Positions 48,736 to 60,185 of a stretch of 64,000 nt of DNA are shown here, one piece after another (within the stretch, counting starts at the first letter, position 1; every line of letters starts with the position of its first letter). Source of the stretch: Eutreptiella sp. 'Long Island Sound 2002'. Taxonomy: Eukaryota; Protista; Euglenida. The stretch is from positions 78,616,001 to 78,680,000 of the forward strand of contig OZ038378.1 in the NCBI GenBank assembly GCA_964036045.1. Reading direction: 5' to 3'. The translations under genes were made by a program, and so were the position numbers. The notes beneath the pieces are model-generated. The model saw nothing but the letters and a program-made list of their open reading frames with translations, searched no databases and was not told where the DNA came from.

Positions 48736-50875
48736 CCCTAGAGACCTATGTTAAACCCAATATGTTTAATATTTGGGTCAAAAATGAATGCGTTAACCCA
48801 AAGTTGACCCTTTTGGGGGGGCTGAGGGGTTTAGACGGGAGAAACTCTACCCCCACGGGGTGCCTTACGGGATCGGGTGACATTCACACCCGGGGGTTGG
48901 GGGGGGTCTCACCTGCTTGGATGGAAAAAAAATATTAAAACGGTCCTCGGGTTAAACTTTTTTGAGTTTATTTTTTCGTTTAATATTTGAAATATTGAAA
49001 ATTAATGAGTCTCCGGCATTAATATTAACCTGCGAAAAATCAATACACCGCCGCAAATATTAACCTCCCCTACAAATGCACAACAACAAGCCAAACATAC
49101 TAGGGGGCATGCATAATTCTTGTGCCTTACGAAAGTGGATGCCCCCCCCCCTTTTCTACACACCCACACACACACACACACACACAATGATATTGGCACC
49201 CCCACACACCCGTCCCCCCACACAGCCGTCCCCTCCCGCACACATCCCTCCCTGATCCTTCTTCTTTCCTCCCCTTGCCCTTGGGGTTTGGGTGTGCCCC
49301 TTTCTTTCTGCAGGTTTTTTGGAGATGGCAGGACCAATCAAAAAAGCTTGGAGGTATGTGTGTCTTGGTGTGTGTGTGCGTTTGTGCGTGTGTGGGTGTG
49401 TACATGTGCATTGTGGCCGGGTTGTAGGGTGTAGATTGCCCCAAAGCAGATAAAGCCGCTACTTCAGGCTTTGTTTGCAATGCCCCCCCCCCCCCCACCT
49501 GGTAGTGTGCTGTGTTGGGATGTGGCGTCTGGGGCTGTAGATGTGGTGTGTGGGGATGTGGTTTCTAGGTCTGTGGTGTGTGGGGCTGTGATGTGGGGGG
49601 CTGTTGTGTGTGCGGTCGTGTGTGGGGGTGTGGTTTCCAGGGGTTTGGTGTGTGAGACTGTGGTCTGTGGGGCAGTACCGTGTGGGGCTATGCTGTGTGG
49701 GGCTGTGGTGTGTGGGCACGTGGTCTGCCGGGCCCTTGTGTGTGGGACTGTGCTGTGTGGGGTTGCGGTGTACTGGGCCATGCTCTGTGGGTTTGGTGTT
49801 TGGTGCTGTGGTGTGTGGGGTTGTTGCATGCGTGGGTGGGGATGCTGTGGAGGTGCATTGCGGCAATGTGATGGGTTGTGCAGGAGGGACTAAGGGCCAT
49901 AATTAATTTTTGCGACAACTTTTTAATTTCTTGAAGGTTAATATTAACCGTTAATTTTTCATGTTTCGAACACCGGTCTAAAAATTAAATATTAACCTGC
50001 CAATATTAATGGTGGCGGTCAAAAAATGAACCGGAAACAATGGGGGCAATGTGGGGCTTTGGTGTGTGCACCTGTGGTTTTGGGCCTTTGGACTGTCAAA
50101 CTGGGGTGTGTGGGGTTGTGGGTGTGGTGATGCAGTGTACAGGGCTGGGATGTGTGGAGCTGTGGTGTATGTGGTTGTGGTGTGAGCGGCTGTGGTGTGT
50201 GGGGTTGTGGGGTGTGGGGCTATGGGGTGTGGGGCAGTGGGGCCCGTTGCGGCGGTGTACGCGGCCCCCCGGTGGGTCATGAACTCCGACACATGCCGGA
50301 AGCCGCTCTTGGGGACATTCAAGTCCATAAGTAACCCTATCAATTCGGGTGCGGGGAAGAGGACGGAGGCATATTGCTTCACGGCCTTTATTTGCTTGTT
50401 GCCGATGAGCGGGAGTTGGGCAACCTCGGTCGCCTCGTACCACCGGGCCTTGGCCAAAGGGGATGAGGCCACCCACTCACCAAGGAGTTGTGAGAGCAAA
50501 GGGTCCCGCAAACTCTTGGCCCCACTCAAACGCGTGAGCGTCATACTAAGCTCGAGAAGGGTGTCCCGAGAGAAAGGCATAACAAGAGCTACACAAGGGA
50601 AAAAGGAGGTTGGGAGCAGGGTGAGTGGGGGGACCGGAGAGGGATGTGTGGGGCTACATAACCACCTATAGGACTTTTCAACCCCATGTAGCAACCCGTT
50701 GGGCACCCTTTGACCACCCAAACACTTCAAGTGGGAGTGGTGCGCGCACAAGCAAAGCGGTGCAAACAAGCCAAAATTGGGTCAACGTGTTAATACTTGC
50801 GAGGTTAATTTTTACCCCCTTTCATATATTTAAAATTAAAATTAACCATATTGGTTTTAACGTAGGTCTCTAGGG
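48736..50875. mobile_element. 2.1-kb non-autonomous TIR DNA transposon
   Basis: CCCTAGAGACCTATGTTAAACCCAATATGTTTAAT at 48736 matches the reverse complement of 50841-50875 (32/35). The interior has AATATTAACC repeats, (TGTGG)n-like tracts and a minus-strand coding-like fragment. No clear TSD. Confidence 0.8.
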
Positions 50876-51240
50876 TGCAGCCCATCCATCGTTCGTGGCC
50901 TGTGCTGCATCTGCTTTGAGGTTTATCAGGCATTGGATGTCGGGGTCGCACCCGTTTGATGATGTTAGATTCATCACTGTGCATCATCGCCATCAGCCAG
51001 GGCCACGTTTGCGTTGTTGTGAATGAGGGAGTCGATGTAGGAGTCATGCCCCGTTCGCTGATGCCAACATTAGAACTGTCCATCCGTCGTTTTTGGCCTG
51101 TGCCACGTTTGCATACTGGTTGATGAGGGAGTGGATGCCTGAGTCGTGCCTGTTCGCTGATACCAACATTAGCGCTGTGCCTCCATTGCCATCAGCCTAG
51201 GCTAGGTCTGCATTGTGGTTGATGAGGGAGTCTGAGGTAA
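50876..51240. repeat. About 100-bp diverged tandem repeat; a further unit lies at about 48640-48735, on the other side of the TIR element
   Basis: A TGATGA(G/C)GGAGT-like core occurs at about 48683, 51021, 51121 and 51220 with shared flanks (CATCAGCC.GGGC.ACGT). Confidence 0.75.
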
Positions 51241-52090
51241 TGGTCCAGGGTTAGGTGTGGATACCACGCCCCAAGTCCCGCATTAGTCCATTCATACCGC
51301 AGACGCGGAAAAGAGGGGAGGCTACTCAAGGGACCAACCTCCCCCCCTCTGATTTGCATCCTTGCCTAAAAAAAGGGAGAGGACCTGTTTGCTGTTGCTC
51401 GGTCTTGTCACTGTTGATGGGGGTGAGTCACTCTTGAGAGTGCATAAGTGTGCATGCACACTGCTCCCTGAAATTAGTCTCCAAATGCCCCCCCCCCCCC
51501 CCCAGAAGAAAATCCCAAAGTGAGCATACCAACGCAGCCTAGTGGTCCTGGGCTGTTGCGAACGCCCCTCAACCCTAATACAGAGAGAGCCAATGTATTT
51601 TTGTGGGGACCACTTCTGCCAATTGAAGGTGCACATTTGAGCATTACCAGTCCACAAAAAGGAAAAGGATGGTTGGCACAAAGAGCCATTTGTATGTGCA
51701 AGTCTCCTGCCTGCACTTACTCAAATGTGAAATGTGAAAGAAGCAGCCCCAACTTGAAATCGTGGTTTGTTGGCCTCTAGAGTTGGTGAGGAGCAGCGTG
51801 TAACCAAAGTGTGAATGTGGTGTTGCATCCCTTTTCATCAGAGCCGGAACAGCAGTGTGGAATATTTTAACCCCAGCAACGCAAAACTTGCTTCAAGGGT
51901 TGAAGAAAGTGAAAGAGGTTGGGGATTTGTCTGGGCGGATTTCTGGACAACTTACATGGTGCAGCGAGACTGAGCATCAGTAGGAAGCAAGAGTCATCTA
52001 ATGCTACAAAGAAGGAATAACCCATGTCTGCCGTAGCAGCAATCCGTTGTGGACCGCTACTCAATGCATTGCGCCCTTCTGCATGGGCCT

Positions 52091-52105
52091 ATCTCTTTTT
52101 TGCAG
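52091..52105 (+). promoter_or_regulatory. Polypyrimidine tract plus CAG acceptor 29 nt before the GLO2 ATG (possible trans-splice or 5'-UTR intron acceptor)
   Basis: ATCTCTTTTTTGCAG ends at 52105, and the ATG is at 52135. Confidence 0.45.
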
Positions 52106-52134
52106 TCCCTTTTTTTTGGAAAACCCTTCATACA

Positions 52135-52200
52135 ATGGCGACTGTCATCACTTTGACTGCACTGGCTGACAATTTCATGTACCTGATCATTGATCAGCAG
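52135..52200 (+). CDS. GLO2: Glyoxalase II / hydroxyacylglutathione hydrolase, exon 1
   Basis: MATVITLTALADNFMYLIIDQQ (DNYxYL motif), followed by donor CAG|GTACAC, phase 0. Confidence 0.9.
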
Positions 52201-54218
52201 GTACACCGGCAGGAAGGCCGATGGCCACAGACTCGTGTACTGTAGGTCCAGTGCCAACATGCGGCGAATTTGACTCGATTGTGGCTGTGTTCTAGGGCAC
52301 CCTCAATGCGAGGTGTACCCATAAGGTTGATGAGGTGAGCACACATGTTTTCATGTCCCATGGCTCATGCATCTGGTTCCTCCTCGCCAGTGGCAAACTG
52401 AGGTCATGTGCCTCCAATGTATCGTTGAGCACGTGGTTCAGGTCTGTGGCACTGATGGAACGTTGAGAACGTGTGACATGCTGTTTTCGTTTTATTTTGT
52501 GACGGCTCTTAGCTCAGACCTGAATTGCAATCTTTTCCTGGCATGGGTGTCCCTCTCCACCCCACCTTCTGGACCCACACCCACCCACCCACTCTGTACC
52601 AGTCAGTCGTTGTTTGCAACAGCCTTCCAGCCCCAGCGTTCGGCTGCGTGTTGCCCTAAGCGTTCAGCCATGTGCCAGCAAGACATGCCAGGCAACTGCA
52701 TGCGCCGCACATACAGACACACACACAGGACCACACACCCCTCATGTCTCATACCGGCCTCGCTTACACCCACACCCATCCGCATCCCCCATCCTACCCC
52801 ACACCGCCATCTGTAATCTCGTATCCAGTAACTAAGCAAAAGCCCGGACCCCATGGCGTCTGCCACACACATGCAAATTTGCTCGCGCAGACCGCCCACC
52901 CCACCTCAACGAATCATTGCTACCAGTGGCCACTGGCATTGCGTGTGCGACAAGCGGACACAGTCTGCGCTCACAGACCCGCACACACGCACTCGTGCGC
53001 ACATCCACACGCACGCGAGTCCGCAAGCACACACATGTCTCCGCATTGCATACCGCCCTGGTCCTCCCTGACAGCCTGCTCCTTGCCAACACACACTGCT
53101 TAACCCCCCCCCCCCCAACACGCTTCTACACGTGCGCGCACACCTGCAAGTGCAACAAAAAGTACCAAGCTTGAAACTTAGCACAATTGGCCTCATTTTA
53201 TAGCAATTCATTTTATGGTCCTTGTTTTGACCTGTTGACGCCACCCTGCCTCAACCAACCTCAGTGACATGCAGAGGCAAAACACGTCTCACTGTGTCCT
53301 CTATGTATGGCAATTGTTTTTGGTAGTTTTTGGTGGTATTTTCCTCTGGCAACTTCTGATGGGATTGTACACACAGAATTGTATTGATTGCTCACTTCTG
53401 GGGCGGGGGTTGCAAGCAAAGGGGGGTGGGAATGCGATTCGCATTTTTTTTTCATTTTTCGCATTTTTTCCTGCATTTTTAGGGCCGGTCTCGTATTGTG
53501 ATGTTCAAGAGGAAACATTTTAGTGTGACCTTGCACTTGGACTAATGTGTAGTCCTATAGTCAGTTAGTGTTTGCATATCTAGTTACTGCTTGCATATCC
53601 GCCCAACACTACCACTTTCATTGCATGCATTTTTCTTATTGCAATAGACATGTCAAATTCTATGCCCTCCACTTCTCTTTGTGAGCCCCATTCTGATGAT
53701 GGAACCAACACCCCACCTCGGCGCAAAGTACGTGGTAAGGGGAAAGGTGGTGTTGGTGCAAAGTATTGCACCATGAGCCACCAAGAGCACCGTCCAAGGT
53801 CATTTGAATTGCAAAAAGCATGCAGTGGCAATTGAGACTATGAAGAAGAGGGAGAAGGCTCGGGTTAAGCGCTGCCTGGAAGCAGAGGGAGTAATGCCCC
53901 TCCTCCTGAACCACACACAGTAGAAGGGTGTGATTCCCTACCACACTCTGCATGTTGAGCCGGGGCCGTAGTCTCTTGAAGAGAGCAACCATCAGCAGCT
54001 CAACATGCGTCTTGACAAACATAGGGGTTTGGGGCAGGCATACACAATTACAAGAAAACAGCATTTTCTGTCGCACTTTTTGCCGCATTTTCCACATTTG
54101 TTTCGCATTTTTCCGCATTTTTTCCCAATTCCGGCGACTGCATCCCCCCCCCCCCCCATGTTGCAAGTTAAGTACTGCCTGCATAGCTCCTGGGACTGCA
54201 GCCCTTTCTGCTGCACAG

Positions 54219-54319
54219 ACCAAAAAAGCGGCGGTGGTGGACCCCGTGGAGCCGCAGAAGCTGATGGCCGAGGCACAGCGGCAGGGGGCCCAAATCACGA
54301 CGGTGCTCACGACACACAG
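54219..54319 (+). CDS. GLO2: Glyoxalase II, exon 2
   Basis: Acceptor CCCTTTCTGCTGCACAG|, then TKKAAVVDPVEPQKLMAEAQRQGAQITTVLTTH plus AG, then donor |GTGCTC. In phase with exon 1. Confidence 0.93.
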
Positions 54320-55085
54320 GTGCTCCGAAGTCCCAAAGGGGCAGGCGGGTGGGCCATTGGAGGTGCCCTGACGAGCCCCCATTCCCCTTGCCTGTCAGAT
54401 CGGGGTCCCCATTCAAGGACCTGTGTGCTTCTTTTGTTTTTTTTTGGCGTCGTGGCACAGTTTGAACAAAGTTCTATGCCGGGGTGCCACCCCATGCTAC
54501 TGTACATTGGGAGGTGAGGGCCCTCTCAAGGAGGGCATGGGACTGTTCATGCATCGTGCATCATAGACAAGTGCTGTGGCTGCCCCAGCCCTGACCTGCT
54601 TTCGGTTTCCTTCTTTTTCTTGTGCACAAGGAGGGGGCGTGCCAGTGTTTGGACTGGGCTGTGTTGGCCTGGGGGCCTAGACGGAATTGTCTGGCTGTTG
54701 CTTTGGCGGCGGTCTTGACCGGCTGGTTTGGCTGGCTGAACCGCCAGTCAGCAACTCAGTCTCGGCCGAGCCGAGACTGTTGCAGATGAAATGGTCTGGG
54801 GAATTGGATGAGCTTTGACTTGTAACTACTCCGTGATTGGGAGCAATGGGACCGCCGACTCTAAGGGGACTGCGCGCCCACCTTTCGAGAAGGCATTGGC
54901 CCTGCTGTAGTTGCGCTTTATGCTTTGAAATGAGGTTTTCGCCCCCCACCCCACCCCTCCGCACCTGCCCCTTCCGCTGCGGGTGTGGGGCTCCAGAAGT
55001 ACACTCAGCCCCCCCATGTCTGCCGCCGTTGTTGACCCCTTTGCTGGATTGTGAACGAGTGCCATGCCATCGCGCTGGTATTCAG

Positions 55086-55212
55086 CCACTACGACCACGC
55101 TGGCGGCAACAACGCATTCAAGAAGCTCATGCCCGAGCTGACGATCTACGCGGGCAAGGGGGATAACGCCGAAGCCGCAATGGTGGAGGTCGGGGATGGC
55201 GACAGTGTACAG
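55086..55212 (+). CDS. GLO2: Glyoxalase II, exon 3 (gene incomplete in this window)
   Basis: Acceptor TATTCAG|. Splicing rebuilds THSHYDHAGGN (metallo-beta-lactamase HxHxDH), then NAFKKLMPELTIYAGKGDNAEAAMVEVGDGDSVQ, then donor |GTTCGC. Confidence 0.93.
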
Positions 55213-57597
55213 GTTCGCATTGAGCTCTTAGGCGATTGGGTGAGGGCAACTGGGGGTGGTTGGGACAACACCCGGGCTCCCTTTCAGCAAACCTTTGGTG
55301 CGCCATGCCGGGCGTGCAGTCTGGCCATGGTTGAGGATCCGGACTGCGTCTTGGTCTTGGTGTTTCAGTCCAGCCCTCTTTCCTAACGGTCCGTTCCCCA
55401 TCTAGAGCGGAGTTGGGGGCTGAGGATGGGGAGCAGCCTGTTGTTGATCATCCTCCCCCCGCCATGTCAATGGACCCCCAATGCCAATGGAATCCCCCCC
55501 CCAAGTAAAGAAACATGCCCCGCCCCCAGAAATTTTCACCAAATAACACAAAGATTGCCTGTCTTTTGCCTGATTTCTTGGTAGCACAGTGGCATGTGAT
55601 GGGCAGGCAACATTTTTGTTTTCATACGGAGGTATGTCTTGAGGTCTAGAGGTGCCTCAAAGTAAACCATGTTGAGTTGCAGCTGTCATGGAATGGTGTG
55701 GTTGTCTGGGGTCACTGGGGTCACGGTGGGGAATTTCTAAAGGGATTGGATGCCGTGGTAGGTTGCATGATGCGTTGACAACGATTGCAACATCCTCATC
55801 ATCTTTCCTAAAAGTACACCATGGTCGTCTTTTGTGTGTTCTGTGCTTCCAATTTTCTTCTATTGTTTCTTCTTTGCCGTGTTGCTGCGGTACACGCACA
55901 GTACTAGGGACACAATGCCTTGCCGGTTTTTGAGCAAATTGAACAAAAATTAAGATGGACCTTGCATATTGTGCAACTGCGCAACAAGAAGTAGATTCCT
56001 CACAAGAATGCTGCTTCATACATAATCAGCGAGGACAGTTTTGAGTTAACTTATGAGGAGGTACGGTTGCCAATGTCCAAACACATGACAACTCCTTCGA
56101 TGGCAGGGAGCATGCTGATTTTGATCCATTTGCTTCCAACGTCGACGTCGATTCCGACGGCGATGAGGACTTAGATCTAATGGATTCCGACTTAGACACT
56201 AACTCAAGCTCTGAGGAGGAAGACCTCGGATTGAGATTCCTCGGATGACGAGCCTTACCAGATTCCTGGGATGATGAGCCACCACCACCCAAGCGGTGGT
56301 GAATCGCACCTTTGTCTACCTCAATGGTGATCAAGTAAAGGCGGTCAAGTTGGCATGGGAACCAACATTAACAACAAAGTATGCGAAGTGTGTTCCATGC
56401 CGCTCACCACATTGAAGCGATGGAAATGTAATAGGCAAAGACAAAGAGGATGCTCCCTTGCGGTAAGACGGCCAAATTTTGCTAAGTCCCCCACCGCCAA
56501 ATGGATTATGCAACTCCCACAACACGGTGCATAGTCACCAAACAAATTGGTGCACGTGTGCATGGCAACACGTCGTGCACGATGGGCAACAAAGGCTAGC
56601 ACTTAGAAGTCTTCTTGGTGGATTGCTTTCCGTTGCTGCCAGTGTATTACATCCTGATCGGTGGGCATTATCCAGCAATTGGACGTGGCCCCCAACCAAT
56701 TGCTGGTACATGATTTTCGGAAGAGCATCGGCCGCAGTGTGTGTAGCAAGGGAAGTACCAATTCTTGATCAATCATTCACAATGAAGATATTGCTAGTGG
56801 CACGGTTCATGCCTTGGCCAAAGTGGTGCTGTGAAGCGTTTGGGACCCCGCAGTCGGGACGGCTTATGTAGCCAATCTGCCCACTGATTAGCCATTCCTG
56901 ATTTTGTTCCCCGCTCTGAAGCGTTGGTTGCAGTGATGGGTCTTGTGATTTTTAGAGCCTGCACACCCCAAACCTAGTGGTGGATCACCGAGGTTTTTTC
57001 TGGATCTTCCCCTCAGCGCAATGGGTCTATGTTTTGTCGACAATGTGTTGGGTATTGTTAATGCTGATCGTGCCGTGCGGATCATTGAACCGCATGGTGA
57101 TGATTTTGTGGGGGTGATTGCGCTCCCTTGCATTTCTGTGCCCCCCGCACTCATGTTGAAGGTGCATTTTCGGAGCTCCAGGGGAGTGTTCAGACCACCC
57201 CCAAACCACCGAAAGTCTAGGATACAGAGACTCAGCAGATTTTTTGGGCTGCCCCCACCCTGCTCAAGGGCAAGGATGCAAGCAACATGTAGAAGGCTCG
57301 GAGGCCAAGGTGCAACCTTCTACGGCCAGTCCTGCCAAAGAGGAGAATATCCATCCCCAATTCCGCATCCATAGCGAGTGGCGCAAGGTGCCCGATGGCT
57401 ACCCCAAAGATGCATCCATCCAGCTAGAGCGTGACTAGTAGTTCGCCTTTGAGCTGACCCAGCAAGTGGTAGTTGAGTTGCATGTGGCTTGTCGGCTGAA
57501 CACAAGTCCCGGTGCAAAGCCCAAGTCCACCAATACAAAAGGTGAGCTCATCTACAAACGTGCACTGTGCAATTATTTGTCGCTGGTGCACTCTTTG

Positions 57598-58882
57598 TAC
57601 CATCCCCCCCCCGTGTCCATCCCCCCCCCCCACGTCCACCCCCCCCCCCCGGGGGGGGAACCGTCACCGGCTGGTTCAAAAAAAACGCAACAGTGTCATA
57701 TTGCACAGGATTGCATACTTATGAGAGCTCGTTGTTAGAGCTTATGCTTACCTCCTTTGTGCTGACCCATTGCACTCCTCGGACCTCTCAAAATGTTCCC
57801 TGAAGGCACTATTGTGCGCTATGTTCGTTCCACAAAGGAGCCTGTGCTGGTTGTTGTGCAAGGCCCTTCTCCTCATGGTGATCAGTACAGAACCATCCCG
57901 TACAAACGCGGTGCCACAGAAGTTGTGCATGACCGCGCTTCCCTGAAACGTTTGACAACCGTGCGCGCCACCTCACCACCCCCACGTCCCGCAGAGACAC
58001 CTGTGCCACCGGCAGAGGTGTTGCCCCCCAAAGGTGTACGGCAGTTGTAGTCCACTCTGCATGACTTCTTTCAGCCCCGCGTTCAGACGATGGATCCAAC
58101 TCTGATGGATCCAGTTGCGAGGGGTCCACCTGTGATGAGTCCATGTCAGATGGACATAAGTCTGTGCATTCCAGTAGCAGTGACAGTGTACAGAGTTTTT
58201 CAGAAGGTGAGGTGATCAACAATGAGGGCGAGGTGGTTGAGGAAGGAGATTGTCCTACCACTGATGAAGACAGTGAAATGGACAGTGACAGTGAAGTGGT
58301 TTGGGCAAAGTCTGCTCGGGGAACCTGGGGGTTAGGCCACACCTTTGGGGACAAGTTGTATTTTACCCGGGACATCCCGGAGGAAAAATGGATCCCCAAA
58401 AAGGTGGAGGCACCAACAGTTGCCAAACCTGCACCCAAACCTGCACCCAAACGTGGAAAGAAGCCTGCAACGAAGCGTGCTGCAGCCAATTCGTCCATCC
58501 CTGTGGCTGATGGGCGGCATGTGCAGCTGTTCAAGACCATGTGGGACCGCAAAAAGAAGTTTTACACTGTCCCTGTTCAGCAATAGGGGCATGCAGCAAA
58601 CTGATGGACTGATGCATTGTATTGAGAATTTTGCTTGTTTGCATCATTTGCATGGCACCATTCGATCTCTGTATGTCAGTGCATATTTCAGAACCTTAGG
58701 CGACGTATAGCAAGCAACTGATCGGTCATAAATTCTGCATAGTATGCGGCGGTAATTTGTTCGTTGGCGATGGTGTCTATCCCCCCGGGGTGGGGGGGAA
58801 CCGTCACTTGGCAACGGTTCCCCCCGGGGTGGGGGGGAACCGTCGTCCCTGGGGGGGGGATGGACATGGGGGGGGGATGGTA
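57598..58882 (+). mobile_element. 1.3-kb element with C/G-rich terminal inverted repeats and a frameshifted gene
   Basis: TACCATC9GTGTCCATC.. (57598) mirrors ..GATGGACATG9ATGGTA (ends 58882). Interior ORFs 57793-58050 and 58143-58586 probably form one broken gene. Confidence 0.6.
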
Positions 58883-60019
58883 GGCTTTTCCCATCACTAT
58901 GCTTTCCTCCGCCTATTTGCTATCCCATTGGTGGAGCGTATGAGCATGCTATTATGTTGGCTGCATACCAGGGCCGCAAACTTTACAGCGAAAAACAATA
59001 CATGCCTTGGCGATTTTTTTTCTACATCACCTACATTTTTCACCAATGACATCGGGGGGTGTTAAGTTGAATTATCCAAAACCGATAAATGTTTTGTGTG
59101 GCATGTACTTTTCAAGGATCACCATTTAGCGGTCCAACCGAGTATTGTTGCACAAATGGCATTGGTTTGGCGTATTCTCGCGTACTTCCGCATATGATTG
59201 CATTTTTGGCATGTTCCTTGTCGCTCCGCCATCGCATAATTCACATCGAGCACCTCAAAGCTACGGGACGACTCTGCACATCGCTTTTTGGGGGCGGGTA
59301 ATTGAGTCCTAGCCTCTTTTATTGCCTTTGGACATGCTCTATCTTTGCACGATGGGAGTACATTCAGGACACTTGTCATTGTTTGTTAACGCCTGCACCG
59401 GGGCATTCGAACATGAGCGGTCGCTTTGCTGCAATGTTGTGAACCCCGTAGGTGCAAGCATAATTTTGATTAGTTTAAGGGCCTCACGCTTCGGGCAACG
59501 CATGATGAAGAGAGGAGTGGGAGGCAAGAAAATTTGACTTCTGGTTTTGGCGCGGGGACGGGGGGGGGGGTCGGTTGAATCCCTCCAACATGGGGTGGAG
59601 ACGTCGAGGCGGAAACATAGTTGACTGGGACCACTCAGCAGCTGTTGGGATGAAATATTGTCAACGTGGCCTAAGAGTTGGCCATTGCACCGCAAACCAT
59701 TGATGATTTTGGCTGACTCGTGTAGCGTGTTGACTCCACAAAGGCTGTGTTCACTTTGTTGGACTTTTGGGGTCCAAGTCATCTCCGGACCAAAAGGGGA
59801 GTCTTTGAACGGGGTTGTTCTTCCTCACTGCATCAGTTTGCAAAATTGTGCTGACATACAGTGGCAACAATGTCATCATCTATCACATGCTCCCCATCTC
59901 CTCATGCTCATATTCCTGCCATAGTGCGCCAGGTGGGTCCTTTGGGAACTAGACTTTTTTTGTTAAGGACCGCCCTTTGAGCACCATCGCACGAGACCAC
60001 AAATCGCGGACCAGCAACT

Positions 60020-60185
60020 GCCACCAAGCGCCAGCCGCCACCAACTGCCAAGCGGCAACTACAACCAACGGCCACCCACCAACCATTGCTAACGGCCATT
60101 AACCACCAATTAGCAACCACCAACCACCGCCAGCCACCACCATCTGCCACCAACCACCAACCGCCAATCGCCACCAACCGCCAAC
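60020..60185. repeat. (CCAACC/GCCA)-type low-complexity repeat
   Basis: Seen directly. Confidence 0.85.

Noticed and set aside
49100-50300. Thr/His/Pro-rich and Cys/Gly/Val-rich ORFs
   Set aside because: These are translations of (CA)n and (TGTGG)n-like simple repeats.
55402-55587. ORF resembling the missing glyoxalase II segment (SLCYLV...GACFFTWGGD)
   Set aside because: It is on the opposite strand to exons 1-3 and lacks the HT.GH motif. Treated as coincidence unless a local inversion is shown.
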